In this document: in pieces, positions 10,853 to 21,304 of the stretch
Layout of the letters: each line of letters starts with the position of its first letter
Position numbering within the stretch: position 1 is the stretch's first letter
Origin: Macrostomum lignano
Taxonomy: Eukaryota
Assembly (NCBI GenBank): GCA_002269645.1
Contig: NIVC01000742.1
Coordinates: 1-31,990, forward strand
DNA: 31,990 nucleotides
Reading direction: 5' to 3'
The notes under the pieces: model-generated
The model's input: the letters and a program-made list of their open reading frames with translations, nothing else
What the model was told of the DNA's origin: nothing
Database searches by the model: none
Translations under genes and position numbers: made by a program

Positions 10853-13199
10853 GCGCCTGCATGTGTATTCTAATATCAAAACAAAACTAATAAAAGCGAA
10901 AAATAGAAGCGTCATGTAAAAATAAAAGAAGCGTCATGTAAAAATCTTAAAAGCGTCATGTAAAAAATCTTACAAGCTTCATGTAAAAAAATCATAAAAG
11001 CGTCATGTAAAAATGAAAGAAGCGTCATGAAAAGATCATAGAAGCATCATGTAAAGATCATAGCAGCGTTATGTAACAAGTAAAAAAGCGTCATGAAAAA
11101 AGAAAAGATGCGTCGTCATGTAAAAAACCATAGAAGCTTCATGTAAAAATGATAAAAGCGTCAGGTAAAAATCATAGCAACGTCAGGTAAAAATCATAGA
11201 AGCGTCATGTAAAGATCATAGCAGCGTTATATAACAAGTAAAAGAAGCGTCATGCCAGACTATAAGAAGCGTCATGTCAGACTATAAGAAGCGTCATGTC
11301 AGACTATAAAAAGCGTCATGTTAGACTATAAGAAGCGTCATGTAAAAAATCATGGAAGCGTCATGTAAAAAGTAAAAGAAGCGTCTTGAAAAAATAACAG
11401 AAGCGTCATGTAAAAAAGAAAATAAGCTTTATGTAAAAATGAAAAAAGCGTCATGTAAAAATCAATAAGCGTCATGCAAAAATCAATAAGCGTCATGTAA
11501 AAAGAAGCGTCATGTATTATTTTTTATTATTTTTATATAATAAAAAGCATCATATTATTTTTTTTACAAGACTTAAAAAAGCAAAAAGGCTTGACATCTC
11601 AAAAATCCCCCGTAAACCTTAAAATCTCAGTAATTCGTCCAAAGAGTCAGCAGAGTTTACGGGAGGCTTGTTTTATTTTCAATATGAAGTTTTTGTCATT
11701 TTACATGACGCTTTTTAAGTTTTGAAATGACGCTCCTTTTTGACATGACGCTTCTTTTTACATGACGCTTTTTGATTTTTACATGACGCTTATTGATTTT
11801 TACATGACGCTTCTTGATTTTTACATGACGCTTATATATTGTCTGACATGACGCTTCTGTTATTTTTTCAAGACGCTTCTTTTACTTTTTACATGACGCT
11901 TCCATGATATTTTACATGACGCTTCTTATAGTCTGACATGACGCTTCTTATAGTCTGACATGACGCTTCTTATAGTCTGACATGACGCGTCTTTTACTTG
12001 TTACATAACGCTTCTATGATCTTTACATAACGCTGCTATGATCATTACATAACGCTGCTATGATCATTACATAACGCTGCTATGATCATTACATAACGCT
12101 GCTATGATCTTTACATAACGCTGCTATGATCTTTACATGACGCTTCTATGATTTTTACCTGACGTTGCTATGATTTTTACCTGACGCTTTTATCATTTTT
12201 ACATGAAGCTTCTATGGTTTTTTACATGACGCTTCTTATAGTCTGACATGACGCTTCTTATAGTCTGACATGACGCTTCTTATAGTCTGACATGACGCTT
12301 CTTATAGTCTGACATGACGCTTCTTATAGTCTGACATGACGCTTCTTATAGTCTGACATGACGCTTCTTATAGTCTGACATGACGCTTCTTATAGTCTGA
12401 CATGACGCTTCTTATAGTCTGACATGACGCTTCTTATAGTCTGACATGACGCTTCTTATAGTCTGACATGACGCTTCTTATAGTCTGACATGACGCTTCT
12501 TATAGTCTGACATGACGCTTCTTATAGTCTGACATGACGCTTCTTATAGTCTGACATGACGCTTCTTATAGTCTGACATGACGCTTCTTATAGTCTGACA
12601 TGACGCTTCTTATAGTCTGACATGACGCTTCTTATAGTCTGACATGACGCTTCTTTTACTTGTTACATAACGCTGCTATGATCTTTACATGACGCTTCTA
12701 TGATTTTTACCTGACGTTGCTATGATTTTTACCTGACGTTGCTATGATTTTTACCTGACGTTGCTATGATTTTTACCTGACGCTTTTCATCATTTTTACA
12801 TGAAGCTTCTGTGATTTTTTACATGACGACGCATCTTTTCTTTTTTCATGACGCTTTTTTACTTGTTACATAACGCTGCTATGATCTTTACATGATGCTT
12901 CTATGATCTTTACATGACGCTTCTTTCAATTTTACACGACGCTTTTATGATTTTTACATGACGCTTCTATGATTTTTACATGACGCTTCTATGATTTTTA
13001 CATGACGCTTTTATGATTTTTTTACATGACGTTTGTAAGATTTTTTACATGACGCTTTTAAGATTTTTACATGACGCTTCTTTTATTTTTACATGACGCT
13101 TCTTTTATTTTTACATGACGCTTCTTTTATTTTTACATGACGCTTCTATTTTTCGCTTTTATTAGTTTTGTTTTGATACTAGAATACACATGCAGGCGC
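10853..13199. mobile_element. Foldback-like element: long terminal inverted repeats made of internal tandem repeats (core AAGCGTCATGTAAAAA) around a ~180-bp spacer
   Basis: The left end GCGCCTGCATGTGTATTCTAATATCAAAACAAAACTAATAAAAGCGAAAAATAGAAGCG... equals the reverse complement of the right end with 1 mismatch in ~90 bp. Left arm ~10853-11515, spacer ~11516-11700, right arm ~11700-13199. No ORF and no clear target-site duplication. Confidence 0.85.
12225..12650. repeat. Homogeneous 22-bp tandem array (CATGACGCTTCTTATAGTCTGA)n, ~19 copies, inside the right arm
   Basis: Directly visible. Confidence 0.95.
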
Positions 13200-13460
13200 A
13201 GTCCCAAGGCTCTTTGCTGAATTTTGCAGACAAGTTTGTGGACAAGTCTGGCTTGAATTTATGGTTTGACTTGTTATTTTCTTCTACCGAAAACCGATTA
13301 AAGGCTTTCAAACATTTCGAAAAAAGGTGGCATATAAATTATGCGAAGACTACATGTATATTTACAAATTGTACATGTATACTCGTAGCTAAAGCAACTC
13401 GTCGTCAGAGGCTTCCCCTCACCAACCCCTCTGAGGGATATAAGCAAGTGCGTCTTATCA

Positions 13461-14185
13461 GGGATAAGGAATTAGGAATCGTGGATTCGGATTCCAACAT
13501 GAGGAATCAGGGATAGGGAATTAAGAATCGGGGATTCGGATTCCACATGAGGAATCAGAGTTAGGGAATTAAGAATCGTGGATTCGGATTTCACATGAGG
13601 AATCAGAGTTAGGGAATTAAGAATCGTGGATTCGGATTCCAACATGAGGAATCAGGGATAGGGAATTAAGAATCGTGGATTCGGATTTCACATGAGGAAT
13701 CAGAGTTAGGGAATTAAGAATCGTGGATTCGGATTCCAACATGAGGAATCAGGGATAGGGAATTAAGAATCGGGTATTCGGATTCCACATGAGGAATCAG
13801 GGATAGGGAATTAAGAATCGGGGATTCGGATTGAAAAATGAGCTTCTCTCGGTTCTCTGATAGCTGGCAGTCTTTCAAACATTTAGAAGAAGGTGCCATA
13901 AGCTCCTCTCTGCCGTATGAATTATGATCGCCGACCCAGTCTTTTAAGCTTCTCGCGAAAGGTGCCATATGCCCTATCTGGGAAAGGGAATTAAGAATCG
14001 TGGGTTCGGATTCCACATGAGGAATCAGGGATGGGGAATTAAGAATCGTGGGTTCGGATTCCACATGAGGAATCAGGGATGGGAATTAAGAATCGGGGAT
14101 TCGGATTCCACATGAGGAAGCAGGGATGGGGAATTAAGAATCGTGGGTTCGGATTCCACATGAGGAATCAGGGATAGGGAATTGA
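13461..14185. repeat. 48-49-bp minisatellite (GGGAATTAAGAATCGTGGATTCGGATTCCA(A)CATGAGGAATCAGGGATA) in two arrays (~13461-13832 and ~13985-14185)
   Basis: Directly visible contiguous units with point variants, separated by ~150 bp of non-unit sequence. Confidence 0.92.
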
Positions 14186-14361
14186 GATAAAAAATGAGCT
14201 TCTTAAAAAACATCAAACATTCTTTCGAACATTATATAAACTACACCTTAGTTGAATGGGTGGGGTTGGCCTATTCAAAGGCTTAATAAACTTCATAATG
14301 AAGATTTCCGTCTGCGAAAACTCTGATTCCTGCCCTCATGCGCCCCATCTCCTTCCCCCCT

Positions 14362-15340
14362 TTGACTTACTTGACTTAGCTGCAGGGCGGTCCGAAGACG
14401 CAGCGGGGAGGCGAGCGTCGCCCATTCCGCTAATCCCTGAAAGACCCGCATAGGCTAGGGCGCGGGGCCGGTCAGGGAGGTCTGCCGGTCCTGTCTGCAG
14501 CGTTGTCTTCGGTGGGGAAGACAGAGGCTCGCTTGGTGGCCCGGAGGAACCGGATGAGCCGTGGGATGTTCTCGGGCCGGCAAACGTCGTCCAGGGACGG
14601 GTTGGGCCCGAGGTGGTTGAGCCGGTCTCGGTTGAAGGCCGGGCAGTAGCAGACGAAGTGCTTGGCGTCTTCGTTCTCGAGGTTGCAGAAAGGGCAGAGT
14701 TCGCTCCGGCGGGCACTTCGGAGGAAACAGTGCCTGGCAAAGCAACCGTGACCTGTGAAGGTCATAGTGAGAGCGCGGATATCTTTTCGATTTTGGTTCA
14801 AAAGGATTCTCCGCAGCTTGAGGGACGGATTGGGCACTGCCGCACGAGATTGGCGGCAGTTGGAGATACCATCCCATCTGCGCAAGTGCAGGATGTCCGC
14901 CCAGTCGTTAATCTGACGATTAATGACAGTGGCGGGGATGGGGGCCAGGGGCACCGGGCCAAGGGGCGAGCCGGAACAGCCCGCCTTAGCGAGGGAGTCG
15001 GCGAGCTCGTTACCTTTGAAGCCGGAGTGTCCTGGGATCCACGTAATCCGGACGGTGTTCCTCCGAGCCAGCTTGTTGAGCTGAGCTGCCCGATACAGTC
15101 GCGGACTGTTCGGGAGTTCGTAGTGGTGTGACACAGGGCCTGCAAAGCGGCCTGGCTGTCAGAGTGAAAGAAAATTCTTCTGTCCTTGAAGTCCCTGCAG
15201 TGGAGCTCAGCTGCACAGGAGCTGATGGCAAGGACTTCATTCTGGAAGACGCTGGAGAGTCTGCCAGTGTGTTGGGCGTGAGTAGCGATCACGCGGCCGT
15301 TGATAAAGATGCAGACTCTAAAGCCGGATAAATGAGTTCT
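14362..15340 (-). mobile_element. 5'-truncated LINE (I superfamily, Lian/LOA-like) 3' end: RNase H, C-terminal CCHC knuckle, 3' UTR and short tandem tail
   Basis: SVFQNEVLAI, FHSDSQAALQAL and WIPGHSGFKGNELADSLAK are non-LTR RNase H motifs, and CPFCNLENEDAKHFVCYCP is a CCHC knuckle. Stop at 14472. Tail CTAAGTCAAGTAAGTCAA at 14379-14362. A 5-nt tandem duplication (CAGCT) near 15080 shifts the frame. Confidence 0.9.
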
Positions 15341-15743
15341 GGGGGCGGTGGAGACAGGAGTCCAGCCAATAAAAAATCCGTGACGGAATTTTTGACGCCT
15401 GAACTGAACTAAATAACCGAATACTCACAGTCACAAGTTAATCATTCTACTGTTTTACCGTTCAAAATCCCTCCTATCTATCGTTACCTGTGGGCCCCCC
15501 GAGCCTGTCGGATTTCCATCCTCAAATTATTTGTACTTTCTGTTTTGCAATTTAGCCTTGTACTTTTCAGTTAGCCGGCTCCCTTCGTCTGCCATGCTCT
15601 TCCCCACAGACAATCTCATCGTTAATTCACCATAGATTATACAACTAACCTGTTCATTCTGTTAGTATAAATACAAGTTAAACTGGCGGCTCAGGCCCTT
15701 CATCCTGCTGCTTTTCTAACCCGCTAATCATTTATTAGTTAAT

Positions 15744-15973
15744 TGTCTATTCGACAACGGGCTATTTTTAGCGTGGGATGGGCTCCGCTAGCGGCCGGCC
15801 GTTAGGTGCTCGATGCGTCACCCAGTGCTTGCTTGTTCGTTCCTTCCTTTTCCATTTGCCCCTTTTGCTTTGCGTACATGAGACCCTCGAGGGTCTTTTT
15901 GCTTGCTAAATAGATAGAAGCAACGGGCTCTTTCGGAGCCTCAATCTTTTTTCGGCAGTAGACACGGTCTACA
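15744..15973 (+). repeat. Probable 5' LTR of the Gypsy element (3' end firm at ...TCTACA; 5' end uncertain)
   Basis: CA at 15972-15973 lies 4 nt before the primer-binding site. TGT at 15744 is only one of several candidate starts, and no second LTR is present for comparison. Confidence 0.4.
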
Positions 15974-15977
15974 AAAG

Positions 15978-15995
15978 TGGCGACGAGGATGGGAT
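15978..15995 (+). promoter_or_regulatory. Primer-binding site complementary to the tRNA-Ser(GCU) 3' end
   Basis: TGGCGACGAGGATGGGAT is the reverse complement of ...AUCCCAUCCUCGUCGCCA, the 3' 18 nt of metazoan tRNA-Ser(GCU) as I recall it. Confidence 0.8.
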
Positions 15996-16760
15996 GAACC
16001 AAATTGGCTCAGTCGGACCCTTCGAAGAAGGGACAGAGACATGGATTCAATACCAGGAGCGCATTGAACAGTTCTTTGTTGCCAACGACATTGCAGACGA
16101 GAAAAGGAGAGCAGTGTTGCTAAGCACGTGTGAGAAACAAACATACGAGTATTACATATCAGTTGCTCTGCAGCCTTCTGTCGCCGAATAAGCCAGCCCA
16201 AACGTCTTACGCTGACATCTGCAAAACACTGAAGGAACACTTCGACCCAAAGCCGCCAGAAATCGTTTTGCGCCATCGCTTTTACACTCGAAACCACCAG
16301 CCTGGTGAATCCATTGCCATCTTCTTGGCCGATCTCCGCAAGTTCGGCTGCAATTTCACCAACCTGAACGGAATGCTGAGGGACAGGCTCGTGCTGGGCA
16401 TCAACGATGACGGAATCCCGCGGAAGCTCCTTGCTGAGAAGGAACTGACTCTAGCAAAGGCACAGTCAACTGCACAAGCCCTCGCTACGGCCGCCGAGGG
16501 CACTCAACTTGTGATGAAGGGCACCGAGCCAGAGGCTGTTCATGTCGTTCAGCAGTCGGCAGCTGCCAGACGCTGTTTCCGGTGTCTCTCACAGCGGCAC
16601 CTGGCGGCCAAGTGTGCCTTCTTGAGCAAGAATGCTTCAACTGTTCCAAGCCGGGGCACACGGCAGCTGCATGCAAGTCCCAGGCAGCCAGTGGTCGATG
16701 CGAGAGCCAGGTGGCGGTGTGCGAAGTCGAGTCGGAGATTGAGGAAACACACTCTCTGCA
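15994..16760 (+). pseudogene. gag: Ty3/Gypsy (Mag-like) gag with two tandem CCHC zinc knuckles, frameshifted
   Basis: MNQIGSVGPFEEGTETWIQYQERIEQFFVAN, LKEHFDPKPPEIVLRHRF, MLRDRLVLGI, CFRCLSQRHLAAKC and CFNCSKPGHTAAAC, spread over three frames (15994, 16130, 16582). Confidence 0.92.
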
Positions 16761-18655
16761 CGTGATGGCCAAACGGAAGGGCAAGGTCCCGCCTATTGAG
16801 ACGACGGTTACAATTGACGACACACCCGTCCGTATGAAGATTGACACAGGTGCGTCATTTTCGCTCATATCTGCCAGGACCTATCGCTCACAGCTGCTGG
16901 GGCGGCCCAAGCTCGAGCCTGCTGGCACGATGTTACGAACGTACTCCGGCGAGCCGGTCCACGGCAGGACCCGCGTTGGCGTGCGCGCCGAGGAAACTGC
17001 CAAGGTCCTGCCACTGCTCGTGGTGGATGGCACCGGTTCAGATTTGATTGGGCGAAACTGGCTGGCCGATCTGCCCCTGGACTGGCGCGGGATCAAGCAG
17101 ATGCAGTTACATCAGAGCGGTGAGCATCTGAAGATCCGCGACCTGCTGAAGCAGTATTCCGGTGTGTTCGAGTCCGGACTCGGCCAGTACAGAGGGCAGC
17201 CGGTGCAGCTGCGACTGAAGGACGGGGCCCGGCCTCGCTTTCTGCCTTTTGCCTTTTGCCAAGGTTGAGGCACAGCTGGACAAGGAGATTGAGCAAGGTG
17301 TGCTCAAGCCCGTGAGTAGCTCTGACTATGCATCGCCTATTGTTCTGGTGCTCAACCCCGATGGATCCGTTCGCATCTGTGCCAACTTCAAGCGGACGGT
17401 GAATCTCGACGTGGAACCAGACAAGTATCCGCTGCCTCGGATTGACGAGCTATTCGCTAAGCTGGCCGGAGGGCAGAAGTTCACGAAGCTTGACCTCTCA
17501 CAGGCGTATTCGCAGATGCCTCTGGATGAGGCTTCTCAGCAGATCTGCACCATAAACACGTCTAAAGGGCTGCTGCGCTACGGCTTACGTTTGGCGTGGC
17601 GCCTGCGGTCGGAATTTTTCAGAGGCACATGGATAGCCTGCTGCAGGCCATTCCGCACGTCGAATGCTTCATTGATGACCTCATCATCACCGGGAGCGAC
17701 GACGATAGCCACCTGCGTTCACTAGAGCTGGTTCTACAGCGCCTGCAGCAGAATGGTCTGAAGTGCGGACCGAACAAGTGCAGCTTCATGCAGGAGAGCG
17801 TGAGCTATCTGGGACACCGAATCGATGCCACCGGCTTGCACCCGCTGCCAGAGAAGGTGCGGGCCATCGTGGATGCGCCAACGCCCAAAGACGAGACTCA
17901 GCTCCGCAGCTTCCTGGGGTTGGTCAACTACTACGGAAAATTCCTGCCGAACCTGTCCACCGAGCTGGCCCCACTGCATCGTCTACTGAACCGGGACGCT
18001 GGCTGGCGCTGGGGCACCGCACAGGATGCTGCCTTCCGTAAGAGCAAAGAGCTGCTCAGCAGGGCGCCCATGCTCGCACATTTCGATGAGCGGCAGCCAC
18101 TAGTGCTGGAGTGCGACGCTTCTCCATACGGCATCGGCGCTGTCATCAGCCATCGAATCGACGGAATCGACAGACCGATCGCCCTTGCCTCGCGCTCGCT
18201 GCACGAAGCCGAGACTAAGTACTCCCAGCTGGAGAAGGAGGCGCTGGCAGTGGTGTTCGGAGTGAAGAAGTTTCACATGTTTCTATGCGGCCGGCAGTTC
18301 ACGCTGATCAGCGATCACAAGCCGCTGTTGGGGCTGCTGCATGAGTCGAAGCCGATTCCTGCCATGGCTTCCAGCAGAATCCAGCGGCGGGCGCTCACCC
18401 TGGCCGCCTACGGCTACTCCATGGTGCACAGGGCGGGCAGGTCGCTGCTGCGTGCGAATGCTCTCAGCCGTCTGCCGCTGCCAGAGAGGCCGAAGGATTC
18501 ACTGGTGCTAGCGGATGTCGTGCTGCTCATGGACATGCTGGACGAAGGTCCGGTGACGGCACGACACATTCGAGCATGGACAAGGACGGACCCCATGCTG
18601 TCCAAGGTGTTGCGATCAGCCGAGTCCGGCCAGTGGCCGGCGAGACCGCCTCCGT
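16761..18655 (+). pseudogene. pol: Ty3/Gypsy pol: protease, reverse transcriptase and RNase H; integrase missing
   Basis: IDTGAS (protease); ASPIV..RICANF, YPLPRIDELF, KLDLSQAY, FIDD (RT); CDASPYGIGAV, YSQLEKEALA, SDHKPL (RNase H). Frameshifts near 17250 and 17580. Ends at the (GATA)n array. Confidence 0.95.
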
Positions 18656-19044
<389 letters not shown>

Positions 19045-20007
19045 TTAAAACACGAGTAGTTTATAGTATCGGTGGCAGACAATAAAATTTATAGTAAGGC
19101 TGTTGTCAAGCATGGTGGTGTATTTGATTATTGAAAAAACTGGACCTTCTTAGAGTTTAGCGCAGCTATTCCAGTTCTTGAAATCGTAAACAACTTGATT
19201 TATTATGACGCTCGTAGAAATTTTATAAACAAATTAAAAAACATTTACGCATTTAAACTTTGGTCAAGCCTTTTTGGAAAAAAATTCTGCTAACTGGGGC
19301 GGCGAAAACGCGATTAAAGCAGGTGTCAGACCAGTGTATAAACGTGCTGTGTCAGCGGGATGAAACTTACAGTAGAAATATGGTAGTAAAATGTCTAAAT
19401 AGTCTTATAAAAATTGGTTTGTGTGGGCTATTTTAGTTTCAACATGAGCAGATGCAGAGTACAGAGTGCAGAAATGTTGAACGCTCATCATAATTAGTCT
19501 CTGCTCTTTCGCTTTGTTAATCACGTCCGGGACCTTCAGGCGGCGTGGCTGCCCGGCCTATTGGTGCCGGGGCCGTCCACTGGGTCGTAGAACTGAGCCC
19601 TGTCTGCAATGTTGGGAAAAATTGTTTGCTATTATATTTACTAATTATACTGTATTAGTGAATAGTGACTGTATCCTTGATCTGACTGTCTTAAGATTCA
19701 TCGATTTATCATGGCTTGTTCACCAGATTTAGGATATTACAAATGCTAAACATAACAAGAAATAGAAATAATCTGACATGGGCATGTAGGGCATGTAAAG
19801 CGGATGGCTGCTGCACTGGCAGATAGCGCCAACCCTGGAGGCCGGCTGTGGCTGCAGAACGCATTGGCAAAATGGGAAACTCTCAGATTTTGTCATCAAT
19901 TCTCAATATTTCACCTTCTGAACATCCGAATCGCAAATCGAACAAATCTAAGTTTTGTTCGAGGTGAGCTCACAAGTTTATTGAGCTAGCTTTCATGAAG
20001 TGCTACC

Positions 20008-20644
20008 TCACTCACTCACTCATTCACACTCACTCACTCACTCACTCACTCACTCACTCACAAACTCACTCACTCACCCAATCACTTACTCACTCATTCA
20101 CCCACTCACTCATTCACTCACTCACTCACTCACTCACTCACTCACTCACTCACTCACTAACTCACTCACTCAATCACTCACTCACTCACTCACTCACTCA
20201 CTCACTCACTCACTCACTCACTCACTCACTCACTCACTAACTCACTCACTCACTCACTCAATCACTCACTCACTCACTCACTCACTCACTCACTCACTAA
20301 CTCACTCACTCACTCACTCACTCACTCACTCACTCACTCACTAACTCACCCACCCACTCACTCACTCACTCACTCACTCACTCACTCACTCACTCACTCA
20401 CTCACTCATTCACTCACTCACTCACTCACTCACTCACTCACTCACTCACTCACTCACTCACTCACTCACTCACCCAATCACTCACTCACTCACTCACTCA
20501 CTCACTCACTCACTCACTCACACACTCACTCACTCACTCACCCAATCACTCACTCACTCACTCACTCACTCACTCACTCACTCACTCACTCACTCACTCA
20601 CTCACTCACTCACTCACTCACTCACTCACTCACTCACTCACTCA
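20008..20644. repeat. (ACTC)n microsatellite, ~640 bp, with variant units
   Basis: Directly visible; reads (TGAG)n on the minus strand. Confidence 0.98.
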
Positions 20645-21196
20645 TTTTAATCAAACATCAAACAGCAAAGAAGAAAACCTTGCTCGCCTGCATGAAGCAG
20701 TACTTTAAATTCAAGGCTTTTGAAGCTAGGGACTAAAAGCTGAGTCCCGGCAGAACATAAATATAGAAAGAAGAATTGTGATTCCATTCCGGCACTATTT
20801 TCCCATTTGTCCTATTTTCAAACCCAAATTTCGGTGTCGCAGTTCGCTGTTTCTCTGCTTTCAGTAGCAAAAGGAAGAACGCAAAGGCTATTTTATAGAA
20901 GAAAGGCAGCTGGATGACCCGTAAAGAACTTGCTGTCGGTGGAGCAATAAAGAAAATTTTCATTCCAATTCGAAATTGAGCTGTGCTTAATAGTGAAGCT
21001 TCCATTCTCAATTGCTGGCTGTGGAAAAAGCTAAAGGTTTTACTTTCAATTTTGAAGCTGTGCATTCAGTTTTGACAAAAATGATTAACGCAAGCATATG
21101 TATGGAGATATAGCTTCGTTTTTAAAGTGTATACATCCTAAAAGGTGCAGCTAGTTTCTAGCGGCTTGCTTGTAACCAAGGTTAAGAAAGAACAAT

Positions 21197-21304
21197 CTAA
21201 ATCCCCACGCTGAGTCCCCAACCTGGTCCGTACGGCTCCTCAATCCGGTAGTTCGTCTTCAAGTTCAGTTCGTCCCTCAGGCGCCTGGTCTGCACAGCGT
21301 AGAC
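21197..21304 (-). other. Terminal coding exon of gene A (end of transmembrane helix and cytoplasmic tail)
   Basis: Acceptor AAACCTGCAG|GTC in phase 0; translation [35 protein letters not shown]. Too short to appear in the supplied ORF track. Confidence 0.8.

Noticed and set aside
10845-13205. Assignment of the foldback element to CACTA, P or hAT
   Set aside because: The left end could read CACTG but the right reads CAGTC, and no direct target-site duplication of any length is evident.
13461-14185. CRISPR-like appearance of the 48-49-bp repeat and of the foldback units
   Set aside because: Units are contiguous with no unique spacers, there are no cas genes, and the context is an intron-containing eukaryotic locus.
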